From: an uncultured Gammaproteobacteria bacterium
GTDB taxonomy: Bacteria > Patescibacteriota > Patescibacteriia > UBA9629
Reading direction: 5' to 3'
NCBI GenBank assembly: GCA_964471805.1
Contig: CAYYGX010000003.1
Coordinates: 1-34,464 of the forward strand
DNA: 34,464 nucleotides
The notes beneath the pieces are model-generated. The model did no database searches. It saw nothing but the letters and a program-made list of their open reading frames with translations, and was not told the DNA's origin. Shown here piece after piece: positions 15,900 through 24,691 of the stretch (positions are counted from its first letter, which is position 1; each line of letters starts with the position of its first letter). The position numbers were made by a program, and so were the translations under genes.

Positions 15900-17318
15900 T
15901 TATTTTGATAATGAAATAAATATTTTTATATCAATAAAATTAGGCTGATTATTTTTTGAATTAAACAAGTTATTGCCTTTATACAACTCCTCTTTAATCC
16001 GGTTAATATATTTTGCCTCTTTTTCGGTCAAAAAGAAATTTCTATCTAAATTTGCCGCCGCTCGGCCAACCGTACCGCTACCGGCGAAAGGATCAAAAAC
16101 TAAATCCCCAACAAATGAATAAAATTTAACTATCCTGTTGCAAAGCTCAATGGGAAAAACAGCACTATGTATCCTGTCAAAAGTGGGGTCAATTCTCCAA
16201 ATGTTCGTCGTTTCGTATTTGTCCAAAACCTTGCTTCTTTTAACCTTATCCCAATTATATTGGTGTATATTCCAATCAATCAATTTATCCGTTTTCTTTC
16301 TATAAACCATTAACATTTCTGAAACCGCATTTGGTTTATAACCGAGAGGCTTTCTGTGTTGTAAAAATCCCGCATTCCTATTTTTTACGCTTGCCTCTGG
16401 TTTAACCCAGACAATATCGTCAATAAATTCCCAGCCCATTTTTACCAACAATGGGTGAATATCGTAAGGTATTGGATACCTTTTGCTGGCATGAGCCCGA
16501 CTTATTCTCGGAATAATAATTGGCGAGGTGTTAAGCACAAAAAATCTGCCCTCTTTAGTAACGCGATGAACTTCCTTAAATACATTTTCCAAAAAATTCA
16601 GATATTCAGCATAGCTTTGATAAATAGAATAGTCTCTTGCATTGTAATATGGCGGCGAAGTAAAGGTTAGATGTATTGATTCGTCGGGAACAGATTTTAA
16701 GGCTTCTTGTACATCGCCTTGCACTACTGTATTGCGCAAAAAAGAAGGAAATTCATCGTGTTTCTGTAAACTATTTGATTTATAACTAAAACCATTTACT
16801 TCCTTATTTATTACTTCTTTTATCAATTCATTCGGGTGATTAAGTAGTTTTTTTAACTCTTGCTTTATATCTAACCTGTTAGTAAAAACAAGTAATCCTC
16901 GTATTGCTTGCATTATTACTTTTGGGTCGTTATCGGTTAAGAAGTTTATTAAAGATGGTATTGACTTATAGTGTCTCAAACGACCTATTGCAGATACGGC
17001 TTCTCGCCTAACTTCTGTGCTTTCGTCAATGCTTGCATATTTTACAAAAACAGGAAGCAAAGAAATATCAGACATCTTTGCTAAATTTTTTACTGACAAT
17101 GCCCTGATATTCTCATTTTGATTGTTTAGCAAATTCAATAACGGCTCTCTGCTATAACCATTTTCTAAACGACCCAGCTTTTCTAAAACATATACTATTG
17201 TCCCGTCATTTTGATTCTGTAAAAACGATAAAAGAGATTGAGTGTCGTTTTTCAACTCATCAATCATTTCCCTGTTAACTTGCTTGCTTAAAAATGATCT
17301 ATTCATATTGATTTTCAA
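15900..17318 (-). CDS. HEAT-repeat / beta-class N4-C or N6-A DNA methyltransferase fusion
   Basis: The N-terminal ~190 aa carry HEAT/PBS-lyase-like repeats (ENIRALSVKNLAKMSD; STEVRREAVSAIGRLRH; NDPKVIMQAIRGLL; NELIKEVINK). In the C-terminal part, motif IV TSPPYYNARDY precedes motif I FDPFAGSGTVGRAA, which is the beta-class order. The track start at 17318 is a TTG; the first ATG is at 17306. Confidence 0.75.
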   Translation of the reverse strand: MKINMNRSFLSKQVNREMIDELKNDTQSLLSFLQNQNDGTIVYVLEKLGRLENGYSREPLLNLLNNQNENIRALSVKNLAKMSDISLLPVFVKYASIDESTEVRREAVSAIGRLRHYKSIPSLINFLTDNDPKVIMQAIRGLLVFTNRLDIKQELKKLLNHPNELIKEVINKEVNGFSYKSNSLQKHDEFPSFLRNTVVQGDVQEALKSVPDESIHLTFTSPPYYNARDYSIYQSYAEYLNFLENVFKEVHRVTKEGRFFVLNTSPIIIPRISRAHASKRYPIPYDIHPLLVKMGWEFIDDIVWVKPEASVKNRNAGFLQHRKPLGYKPNAVSEMLMVYRKKTDKLIDWNIHQYNWDKVKRSKVLDKYETTNIWRIDPTFDRIHSAVFPIELCNRIVKFYSFVGDLVFDPFAGSGTVGRAAANLDRNFFLTEKEAKYINRIKEELYKGNNLFNSKNNQPNFIDIKIFISLSK

Positions 17319-17329
17319 AGTCTATCACA

Positions 17330-18205
17330 TCACTCAAAATTCTCAAATATCCAATACGCGAGCGATTTGGCGTCCTGAAATCTATCTTCTGATGTTTCCG
17401 CGCCAAGGATCGCAATAATAATATTTTTGCCGCTTTTATTTTGGGCTTGAAATACAAGGCAGTATCCGGCGGCGTCCGTGTGCCCGGTTTTTCCCGCGGT
17501 AATAGTGAAAAGATCAGTTGTTAGAAGATCGTTTGTGGTTGTTATGCGGCGCTCTTTAGTTTTATTGCCGTTTAAGAGGTAAAAAGAATATCCCTCTTTC
17601 ATTGTTGTAGTTTGCAAAAATTCGTTTTTGAATATCTCGCGGGCAAGAAGCGCGATTTCAAAAGCGGTTGATATGTTTCCTGAAGCTAGGCCCGACGGTT
17701 CAACAAGGCGCGTGTTTTTGAGCTCTAGTTGCGTTGCGAGTTTTTGCGTTTTTCTAGCGTAGGAATCCAAGAAACCGCCAGCGCGAGCAAGAGAGATCGC
17801 GACGCTGTTGTCGGAAGAAACGAGCGCAAGATGTAAAAAATCCCGCGCAGTCGCTATTTCACCTCGGTAAATGTGCGATTGTCCGCCAGAACGCGCATCA
17901 GTCTCCTCTACAGTTATCTCGCGCGCGAGATTATTTCCGGATTCTGTAAGATAAATATAACTTGTGATTAGTTTTGTAATGCTCGCAATTTGCCGGCTTT
18001 CATTGCCATTTTTATTGAATAGAACCCGGCCGGTTTCTCCGTCAAGCGCGAGAGCAGAGGGCGAATCGAGGATTGGCTCAACCGCATAAGTGTTTATTTT
18101 TGTGAATCCAGGCGTTTCAAAATGCGGCGCGCCATATACTGCCCCCTGTCCTTGCGGAAGCGAAAAATTTGATATAAAAAGCGTGAGCAGAATTTTTGTC
18201 AACAT
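17330..18205 (-). CDS. D-alanyl-D-alanine carboxypeptidase (S11, PBP5-like)
   Basis: Signal-like N-terminus. SxxK (ASITKL), SxN (SSDNS) and KTG (GKTGHT) motifs in canonical order. Confidence 0.85.
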   Translation of the reverse strand: MLTKILLTLFISNFSLPQGQGAVYGAPHFETPGFTKINTYAVEPILDSPSALALDGETGRVLFNKNGNESRQIASITKLITSYIYLTESGNNLAREITVEETDARSGGQSHIYRGEIATARDFLHLALVSSDNSVAISLARAGGFLDSYARKTQKLATQLELKNTRLVEPSGLASGNISTAFEIALLAREIFKNEFLQTTTMKEGYSFYLLNGNKTKERRITTTNDLLTTDLFTITAGKTGHTDAAGYCLVFQAQNKSGKNIIIAILGAETSEDRFQDAKSLAYWIFENFE

Positions 18206-18209
18206 ATTT

Positions 18210-18725
18210 CTATTCCCGCATAGCCGTTATTTTTTGATTTAATTCATAATATTCGGGAAGTTGTTGAACGCGCTCTATGCCAAGCCCTTTTAAGAATGTC
18301 GTGCTGATATTATACGATTGATCCGAAGAAGCGGAAAATTCTTCAACAAGACCCGCGATTGTAAGATTTTTTAGAATAACAACGCAATTGACTCCGCGAA
18401 TATCCTCAAGCTCCGCTCTTGTCAAAGGCCCGCGATACGCAAGAATCGCAAGCGTGTCAATTTGCGCCTGCGTGAGCGCAGTCTCCTCATCTTTAATAAG
18501 TTTTTGCACGAGAATTGCATGCTCTGGGGAAGTTGTAAGTTCTGCGCTTTTTCCATTTGTCGCAATACGTATGCCGCGTCTGTTTTTCTCGTACTCTTTT
18601 TGGAGCGAGTCTATTGCGTCTGCCACTTCCTGCGTTGAAACGCCGGTTAAGCGCGCGATTGCTGAAAATGTCATTGATTGTCCGGATCCGGCGAGGATCG
18701 CTTCAATTTTGCTCTGATGATGCAT
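18210..18725 (-). CDS. scpB: Segregation and condensation protein B
   Basis: KIEAILAGSGQSMTFSAIARL.., two winged-helix segments, QIDTLAILAYRGPLTRAELEDIRGV. The ATG at 18725 is preferred over the TTG at 18800. Confidence 0.8.
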   Translation of the reverse strand: MHHQSKIEAILAGSGQSMTFSAIARLTGVSTQEVADAIDSLQKEYEKNRRGIRIATNGKSAELTTSPEHAILVQKLIKDEETALTQAQIDTLAILAYRGPLTRAELEDIRGVNCVVILKNLTIAGLVEEFSASSDQSYNISTTFLKGLGIERVQQLPEYYELNQKITAMRE

Positions 18726-19412
18726 AAAATTTTTCAATGGTAATTTCGCCCCATGCGGACTCTTGTCGGATAAAAATTGCGCGAGCTTTTGCAAGTTCAA
18801 GAAGAGCGAGAAAATTTATAATAATCTCATGTCTATACCTAGTTTCTACTAGTTCCGCAAATAGCACGCGTTTCGCGCCTTCAAGATATTTTTGAATCGT
18901 CGCTACGCGTTCATGAAGGTTAAAAATTCTCCTCGCAATAATGCTTTGAGGAATATTAATTTTCGCGATTTTGCAGATAATGCGCGCAAACGCGCTATGG
19001 ATTATTTTTTCGGAAATATCTATTTCGTTTTTATTTGTTAAGGTTGCGCGAAAATTTGCGCCAATACGCGCAGTATATAGAGCATTTTTTCTTTTAGTCC
19101 AAATACTGTTCAGTTTTATTGTAACCGCGCGATATTCGCGATATTGCTTCAAATGCGCCACAAGATCATCTGCGTCTTCATCCGCTTCCTCAAGATGAGG
19201 CAGTAAAAGTCTAGTTTTTAATATCACAAGACGGCTACCGATTTCCAAAAAATGAAGCATGATTTCAAGCGGCGTTCCGGGATTTTGACTGACGTAAATT
19301 AAGTATCTGCGACTCGCGCGAGTGAAATGGTAGAAATTTCAATTTTTTCCTCTTCAATCAATGAAAGCAGAAGATCAAGCGGACCGTCAAATTGTTCTAG
19401 TTCAATGCGCAC
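18703..19412 (-). pseudogene. scpA: Segregation and condensation protein A (kleisin), interrupted by a -1 frameshift near 19305
   Basis: N-terminal piece from a GTG at 19412 down to a TAA at 19299-19301: (M)RIELEQFDGPLDLLLSLIEEEKIEISTISLARVADT*. It continues in the -1 frame (open from 19338 downward): ..YLIYVSQNPGTPLEIMLHFLEIGSRLVILKTRLLLPH... The track lists only the 18703-19260 part. Together the pieces give the conserved ScpA N-terminus (FxGPLDLLLxLI ... YL.Y. ... IKxxLLLP). Confidence 0.75.
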
Positions 19413-19413
19413 T

Positions 19414-20580
19414 TCAGGAAGTAAAAATTCCCTTTACTTTTTCTAAAATTTCAAATCGCATGAGATCGCGGGCAGTAATTAGAATCGTCAAAAAAATCAG
19501 CAACCAAAATCCAATTAAATGAACCCATGTTTCGGTGTTCATTGAGAGGGCCTTTCCTTTGAATTTTTCAATAATCACAAATAAAACGCGTCCTCCATCA
19601 AGGGCGGGGATCGGAAGGATATTGATAATGGCAAGATTTAATGATAGCAGAGCTACAAATTGAATAATATAAATGAAGCCGAGTTCAGCTGCGCGTCCGG
19701 AAAGCGCGGCGATCATAACCGGCCCGCCAATGTTTGGGCTGACGCTACGGGTTAGAATAAGATCTTGAATAAGATGAAAGAATCCGGTTACGATTTTTCC
19801 GCCTGTCGTCGATATAGTTTCCGCGCTTTTATAAATCGCTATGTGCATCGGATAACGAATAATGCCGACTGATCCAAGCGCAACGCCAACTCCGATTTTT
19901 TTTGTCTCTGGTTCAGTATCGTTTACTTCATTTTTAATATGAAAGGTTACGAGTTCTGGAGTGAGTTCTTTGGTGAATAGATCTTTTCCTCTACGAAACT
20001 GAATTAGCACCGGCTTTCCTTCTTTGTCCGAAATAAATGATTGCAATTTTTCAAGTTCGCTAAATGGCGTGTCGTTTACCGTTATAATACTGTCGCCTGC
20101 TTTTATTCCCGCACGGCCAGCTGGGCCTTTGGGTTCAACGTACAAAATCGCAATGTATTTTTCTTTGATAAATTTTTCCGGAATGTTTTTGTCGGTTAAA
20201 TCACGTGGAAATCCAACCATGTATCCAACCGAAAAAAGAACTAGCGCCAGTATAAGGTTCATGAGAACGCCTGAAACAAGAACCACGATGCGTTTCCACG
20301 GCGCTTTATGCGAAAAACTGTCGGGATCGTCTTTTGATTCCCCATCTTGACCTTTTAAGTTTACAAACCCTCCGATCGGAAGCCAATTAAGAGTCCATTT
20401 TACTCCGTCCTTTGAGGTATGTAAGAGCGAAGCGCGCGGCGGAAATCCGATTCCAAACTCTAAAACCCGCACCCCAAAATATTTTGCGCTGACAAAATGA
20501 CCAAACTCGTGAACAACGACAAGCACAGAGAGAATGATAAGAAAAGCGATTATAGTAAGTAACATAGGCGAATAACGCAT
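19414..20580 (-). CDS. rseP: RseP/RasP-type site-2 zinc metalloprotease (M50)
   Basis: HEFGH zinc motif in the first TM helix. PDZ-like insert (GPAGRAGIKAGDSIITVND). C-terminal NILPIPALDGG motif. The ATG at 20580 avoids the track ORF's overlap with rplA. Confidence 0.88.
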   Translation of the reverse strand: MRYSPMLLTIIAFLIILSVLVVVHEFGHFVSAKYFGVRVLEFGIGFPPRASLLHTSKDGVKWTLNWLPIGGFVNLKGQDGESKDDPDSFSHKAPWKRIVVLVSGVLMNLILALVLFSVGYMVGFPRDLTDKNIPEKFIKEKYIAILYVEPKGPAGRAGIKAGDSIITVNDTPFSELEKLQSFISDKEGKPVLIQFRRGKDLFTKELTPELVTFHIKNEVNDTEPETKKIGVGVALGSVGIIRYPMHIAIYKSAETISTTGGKIVTGFFHLIQDLILTRSVSPNIGGPVMIAALSGRAAELGFIYIIQFVALLSLNLAIINILPIPALDGGRVLFVIIEKFKGKALSMNTETWVHLIGFWLLIFLTILITARDLMRFEILEKVKGIFTS

Positions 20581-20603
20581 TGAATTTTTTGCGCGGAAAT
20601 TTT

Positions 20604-21284
20604 TTAGGGTTGAATTTTTATTCCCGGCCCCATTGTTGAACATACTGTGATCGTTTGGATAAACGATCCTTTAACTCCTTTTGGCCGCAGTTTCCGCGCC
20701 TCTCCTAAGAAAATTAGTATATTTTCCTCAAGTTTTTTGGCTTCCCAACTGATCTTGCCGACGATTTGATGGATATTGCCTGAATCATCATTTCTAAATG
20801 TAATCTGCCCTCCTTGCAATTTTTTTATTGCCGCGGCCGCGTCTGTAACAACCGTTCCATTTTTTGGAGAAGGCATAATGCCTTTCACTCCAAGTATCTT
20901 TGCGATTTTTGTTAGTTCTTTCATAAAATCCGTTGTGGCAACAGCAATGTCAAAATTGATTTTTTGCGATTGCGCGATTTCGTCCACTAATTCTTTCCCG
21001 CCAACAATAAAGGCTCCAGCGATTTTTGCCTCTTTCTGTTGTGATTCAGTAAAGGCGGCGATACGCAACGTTTTTCCAGTGCCGTGCGGAAGCGTTGCAA
21101 GTCCGCGAACAGTTTGGTCTGATTTTTTTGAATCAATGCCAAGCTTTATATGCGCTTCAACTGATTCGTCAAAACGCGCTCCTGTAAGTTCTTTTAAGAG
21201 CGCTATTGCCTCTCTGATCGGGTAAACGCGCTTTGCTCCTATTTTTGCAAGAGCCGCGCGAAGACGTTTTGATTTTTGAGACAT
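20604..21284 (-). CDS. rplA: 50S ribosomal protein L1
   Basis: YPIREAIALLKE....FDESVEAHIKLGIDSKKSDQTVRG...LPHGTGK. SD-like AGGAGGGA lies in the 32-nt upstream gap. Confidence 0.92.
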   Translation of the reverse strand: MSQKSKRLRAALAKIGAKRVYPIREAIALLKELTGARFDESVEAHIKLGIDSKKSDQTVRGLATLPHGTGKTLRIAAFTESQQKEAKIAGAFIVGGKELVDEIAQSQKINFDIAVATTDFMKELTKIAKILGVKGIMPSPKNGTVVTDAAAAIKKLQGGQITFRNDDSGNIHQIVGKISWEAKKLEENILIFLGEARKLRPKGVKGSFIQTITVCSTMGPGIKIQP

Positions 21285-21316
21285 AAATTTGCGTGGTGTA
21301 AACGAATGATCCCTCC

Positions 21317-24058
21317 TTAAGCCACTCTCCCACCTTTATTTAATGGAGCAACTATATCATCAAATTTTTTCTCGGTCAACGTTTTTGCAAATCCTGCCTG
21401 CCGGTAGACTAGGAAAGAATATAACAGTTTAATAAATTCTAGAACGAGAATGACAACGGTAACTTCCGCGATAATCATGGCCCATTCAAGCGATCCGAGC
21501 TCTTGCACATGCAGAAACCGAGCAAGTGGAGGCGCGTAGAGCGCAAGCATCTGAAGCGCAAAACTTACTGCTACAGCAAGAATCAGCCATGAGTTTGAAA
21601 AAAAATTTCGTATTTGAAACGGATGACCAAGATCTCGTATACTATATACATAAGCAAGCGTATTAAAGGCGAGCGCTGTAAAAGCTACTGTTCTCGCAAT
21701 TTCCAAACCCTCGCGCGCGTAAAAAAAATAAAAGAGCCCTGAAACCATAATGCCGCCGATAGAGCTTATAAGAGCAATAAACAGCTTCATTTGGAAAGTT
21801 ACCAGAGACGCTTCTCTACTAATCGGTTTTTCGTTCAGAATAGTTTTATCCGCAGGTTCGCGCGTTAGCGCAAAAGAAGGTAGCCCGTCTGTTATGATAT
21901 TAATCCACAATAGTTGAGCCGCTGTAAGCGGAAGGGGCAGTTGAAAGATGAAAGATGAAAGGAGCACGATAATAGCGGAAAAACTGTCTGCGAGAAAGTA
22001 TAAAATGACAGTGCGGATATTATTGAAAATAATCCGTCCTTCGCGGATCGCGGAAATAATCACAGAAAAATTATTGTCCAAAAGTACCATATCAGCTGAT
22101 TCCTTCGCAGTATCAGTTCCGGAACCGAGCGCGATTCCGATGTCGGCTTCTCTAAGAGATGGAGCGTCATTCACTCCGTCTCCGGTCATTGCAACGACCA
22201 ACCCTCGTTTTCTGAACGCTGAAACAAGCGCGAGTTTGTCCTCCGGAGCAACGCGGGCGAATACTGAAGCGGTGTTTAGAATTTTTTCGCGCGTACGATC
22301 GTCGCTTTTTGTAAACATATCTCCTTCAACCACTGCTTCATTTTTTCCAATCAACCCAAGTTCAATCCCGATACGTTGCGCAGTGAGTTTATGATCTCCT
22401 GTTAACATTATAACTCTTATTCCAGCCTCTTTAGCTTTTGTTAAAGCATCTTTAACGTCAAAACGCAAGGGATCGCGCAATCCGTACAAGCACACGAACG
22501 TTATGCCTTCCTCAAGGAGTTCTTGGAGAGGGCGACCGCGGTCTTTTGCCCCCACTTCACTAAATCCGGCGAGAAGAACGCGAAATCCTTTTTTGGAAAG
22601 TGCTGTAATTCGCGTCGCAATCGCCTCTTTTTCTCCGCGGGCGATCGGTTTTATCACGCCATTGTGATATATCTGTTTAATATCGCGCAGAAGTCTTTCA
22701 GGCGCGCCTTTCACAAAAAGTTCAAATTTGTCTCGCCCGTCGTCTTTATGCATGGTGATCATAGATTTTCTCTCTGAACTGAAAGGTACTTCGCATAGAC
22801 GCGGGTATTTTAAGTGGAGTTGTGAAACGTCAAGCCCTGATTGAAGAGCTGCCCTGTAAAGCGCCTGATCAACAGGCGTTCCGGAAACCACTCGCTCGTT
22901 TAAGTGCGCATCAGTTTCTTCATAAGCGTCATTGCACAAAACTCCGATCTCAAGAGCTTTCACAAGTTCCTTGCTTTTTTCATCAATCTGACTTCCGGAA
23001 GCGCCTGTATGTCCGTTTGCGGTTTCTATACGCTCCACTTCCATAATACCCTCTGTAAGCGTGCCAGTTTTGTCAACGCAAATAATAGATGCGCTTCCGA
23101 GCGTCTCTGCCGCATAAAGCCGCCGAACAAGAGCTTTTTCACGAAGTATTCTCTGCATGCCGATTGCAAGAATCGCTGTAACGGTTATTGCGAGCCCTTC
23201 GGGAATTGCGGCAACGGCAACTGCAACAGAAGTCAACAACATCTCCTCAAAACTTTTTCCGGCCCAAAGACCGATTATAAAAATAACGAATGCAAGCGCG
23301 AGGATTACGCCGCCGAGCATTCGCGAAAATCGCTCAAGTTTTTTTGCAAGCGGCGATGATTCTCCATCTAATTTCTCTACTGCTTTTGCGATTTTTCCTA
23401 TATAAGTTGAACTCCCGATTGCTGTTACAACAAACTCTCCGTTTCCTTCAGTAACCACAGTTCCGCTTTGCACACAGTTTGTTTTGTCTAGGCGCGGAGT
23501 TAAAAGAGCGAGCTGGTGATGTATTTTAGATACAGGTTCCGACTCACCGGTAAGAGAAGATTCGTTTATGAAAAGATTATTGCTTTTGATGAGCCGTCCG
23601 TCTCCGGAAACGCGATCGCCTGGAGTTATGCGCACAATGTCGCCAGGAACAATTAGTTCAGCGTTTAAGGTCTTGATCGCCCCGTCTCTTCGCGCCTTAA
23701 CTCTAGAAACAAGCGCGTTACGAAGAGTTTCAAACGCGGATTCGGCTTTGTGTTCCTGCAAAAATCCAAAAAATGCGTTTACAAGTATCGCAACCGCAAT
23801 AACCGCGGCATCGCCATATTCTCGAAGAGTCGCGCTTACGGCAAAAGCCGCAATTAAAATGAGAATAAGCGCGTTTTCAAATTGATGAGTAAAAATTGCC
23901 AATGCGCCGCGCCGTTTCTTTTGCGGAACAAGATTTAATCCATATTTTTCGCGGCGTTTTGCGGCTTCAATTTCAGTGAGCCCGTCAGGAGAAGTTTTCA
24001 ATTTTTTATATACCTCCGGCGCGGTAAGATGATGAAATTGTTGAGATGATTTGGGCAT
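21317..24058 (-). CDS. P-type cation-transporting ATPase (P2-type, Ca2+/Mg2+-like)
   Basis: 913 aa. Motifs TGES (LTGESEPV), phosphorylation site CVDKTGTLT, LTGDH and hinge MTGDGVNDAPSL. Multiple TM segments. Confidence 0.9.
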   Translation of the reverse strand: MPKSSQQFHHLTAPEVYKKLKTSPDGLTEIEAAKRREKYGLNLVPQKKRRGALAIFTHQFENALILILIAAFAVSATLREYGDAAVIAVAILVNAFFGFLQEHKAESAFETLRNALVSRVKARRDGAIKTLNAELIVPGDIVRITPGDRVSGDGRLIKSNNLFINESSLTGESEPVSKIHHQLALLTPRLDKTNCVQSGTVVTEGNGEFVVTAIGSSTYIGKIAKAVEKLDGESSPLAKKLERFSRMLGGVILALAFVIFIIGLWAGKSFEEMLLTSVAVAVAAIPEGLAITVTAILAIGMQRILREKALVRRLYAAETLGSASIICVDKTGTLTEGIMEVERIETANGHTGASGSQIDEKSKELVKALEIGVLCNDAYEETDAHLNERVVSGTPVDQALYRAALQSGLDVSQLHLKYPRLCEVPFSSERKSMITMHKDDGRDKFELFVKGAPERLLRDIKQIYHNGVIKPIARGEKEAIATRITALSKKGFRVLLAGFSEVGAKDRGRPLQELLEEGITFVCLYGLRDPLRFDVKDALTKAKEAGIRVIMLTGDHKLTAQRIGIELGLIGKNEAVVEGDMFTKSDDRTREKILNTASVFARVAPEDKLALVSAFRKRGLVVAMTGDGVNDAPSLREADIGIALGSGTDTAKESADMVLLDNNFSVIISAIREGRIIFNNIRTVILYFLADSFSAIIVLLSSFIFQLPLPLTAAQLLWINIITDGLPSFALTREPADKTILNEKPISREASLVTFQMKLFIALISSIGGIMVSGLFYFFYAREGLEIARTVAFTALAFNTLAYVYSIRDLGHPFQIRNFFSNSWLILAVAVSFALQMLALYAPPLARFLHVQELGSLEWAMIIAEVTVVILVLEFIKLLYSFLVYRQAGFAKTLTEKKFDDIVAPLNKGGRVA

Positions 24059-24091
24059 GTATCCACTATTCAGAGATGGGGTAGAGAGGAT

Positions 24092-24487
24092 TTATTTTCT
24101 CTCCCTTAGCTCAACCTCTTCTTTTAAGAGATCGAACTTGACGATAAAAATATCAAAGAACCCTTTTTGGCCCACAATCCCATAACCTAATTGTGCAATG
24201 CCGGGAAGAAAACCTGCTTGCATTTTATATGTCCATCCACCAATTTTTATGATCACTGGATGTACATAATAATATTCACCTACGCCAGTGATACCCCATA
24301 CCTCTTGTTTTTTTCCGCTCGTGATATCAATACAAAGAATCTCGCCGATTTGAGCGTCAAAAATACAAGAATCCGCGCCTGAATCTACGAGAACCTCATA
24401 GGGTACGGCGCGGTTTTTGTAAATAATTTCAATCGGAATTACCGGGCGCAAAATTTCCGGCGTATATTTTTTATATCGAAATTTCAT
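24092..24487 (-). CDS. Retropepsin-like (clan AA) aspartic protease, single-domain 131 aa
   Basis: Active-site context YEVLVDSGADSCIF (D-S-G-A). Distal GIVGQKGFFDIF resembles the dimer-interface/flap region of bacterial retropepsin-like proteins. ATGA overlap with the upstream 65-aa gene. Confidence 0.65.
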   Translation of the reverse strand: MKFRYKKYTPEILRPVIPIEIIYKNRAVPYEVLVDSGADSCIFDAQIGEILCIDITSGKKQEVWGITGVGEYYYVHPVIIKIGGWTYKMQAGFLPGIAQLGYGIVGQKGFFDIFIVKFDLLKEEVELRERK

Positions 24488-24681
24488 AACCCAAAACCAA
24501 CATAGGTCGCCAATTTCTCCGGCATACGAGTCAAAATGGGCTTCTTATAACCTTTTTCTTGGGCCATTATCCACGCCTCTTTGGCGGTCTTGCCGCTACC
24601 AACAACGGTTTCCTCATCTTCCAGTAAAGCGACCCAAAATCCTTTATATTTCTTATAAATTTTTGTCCAATCTATTGCCAT
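24484..24681 (-). CDS. Small 65-aa protein, DUF5678-like
   Basis: MAIDWTKIYKKYKGFWVALLEDEETVVGSGKTAKEAWIMAQEKGYKKPILTRMP. The pattern (y.GkWVAl..d.vv.sg.t..ea...A.ekG...P.i..vp) matches my memory of the DUF5678 family. 4-nt overlap with the protease gene. Confidence 0.5.
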   Translation of the reverse strand: MAIDWTKIYKKYKGFWVALLEDEETVVGSGKTAKEAWIMAQEKGYKKPILTRMPEKLATYVGFGL

Positions 24682-24691
24682 ATGGTTGCTA

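Noticed and set aside
24059-24091. Possible terminator hairpin (GAGAG..CTCTC) between the protease gene and the ATPase gene
   Set aside because: The stem is only 5 bp with a poor extension and no U-run. It is not convincing.
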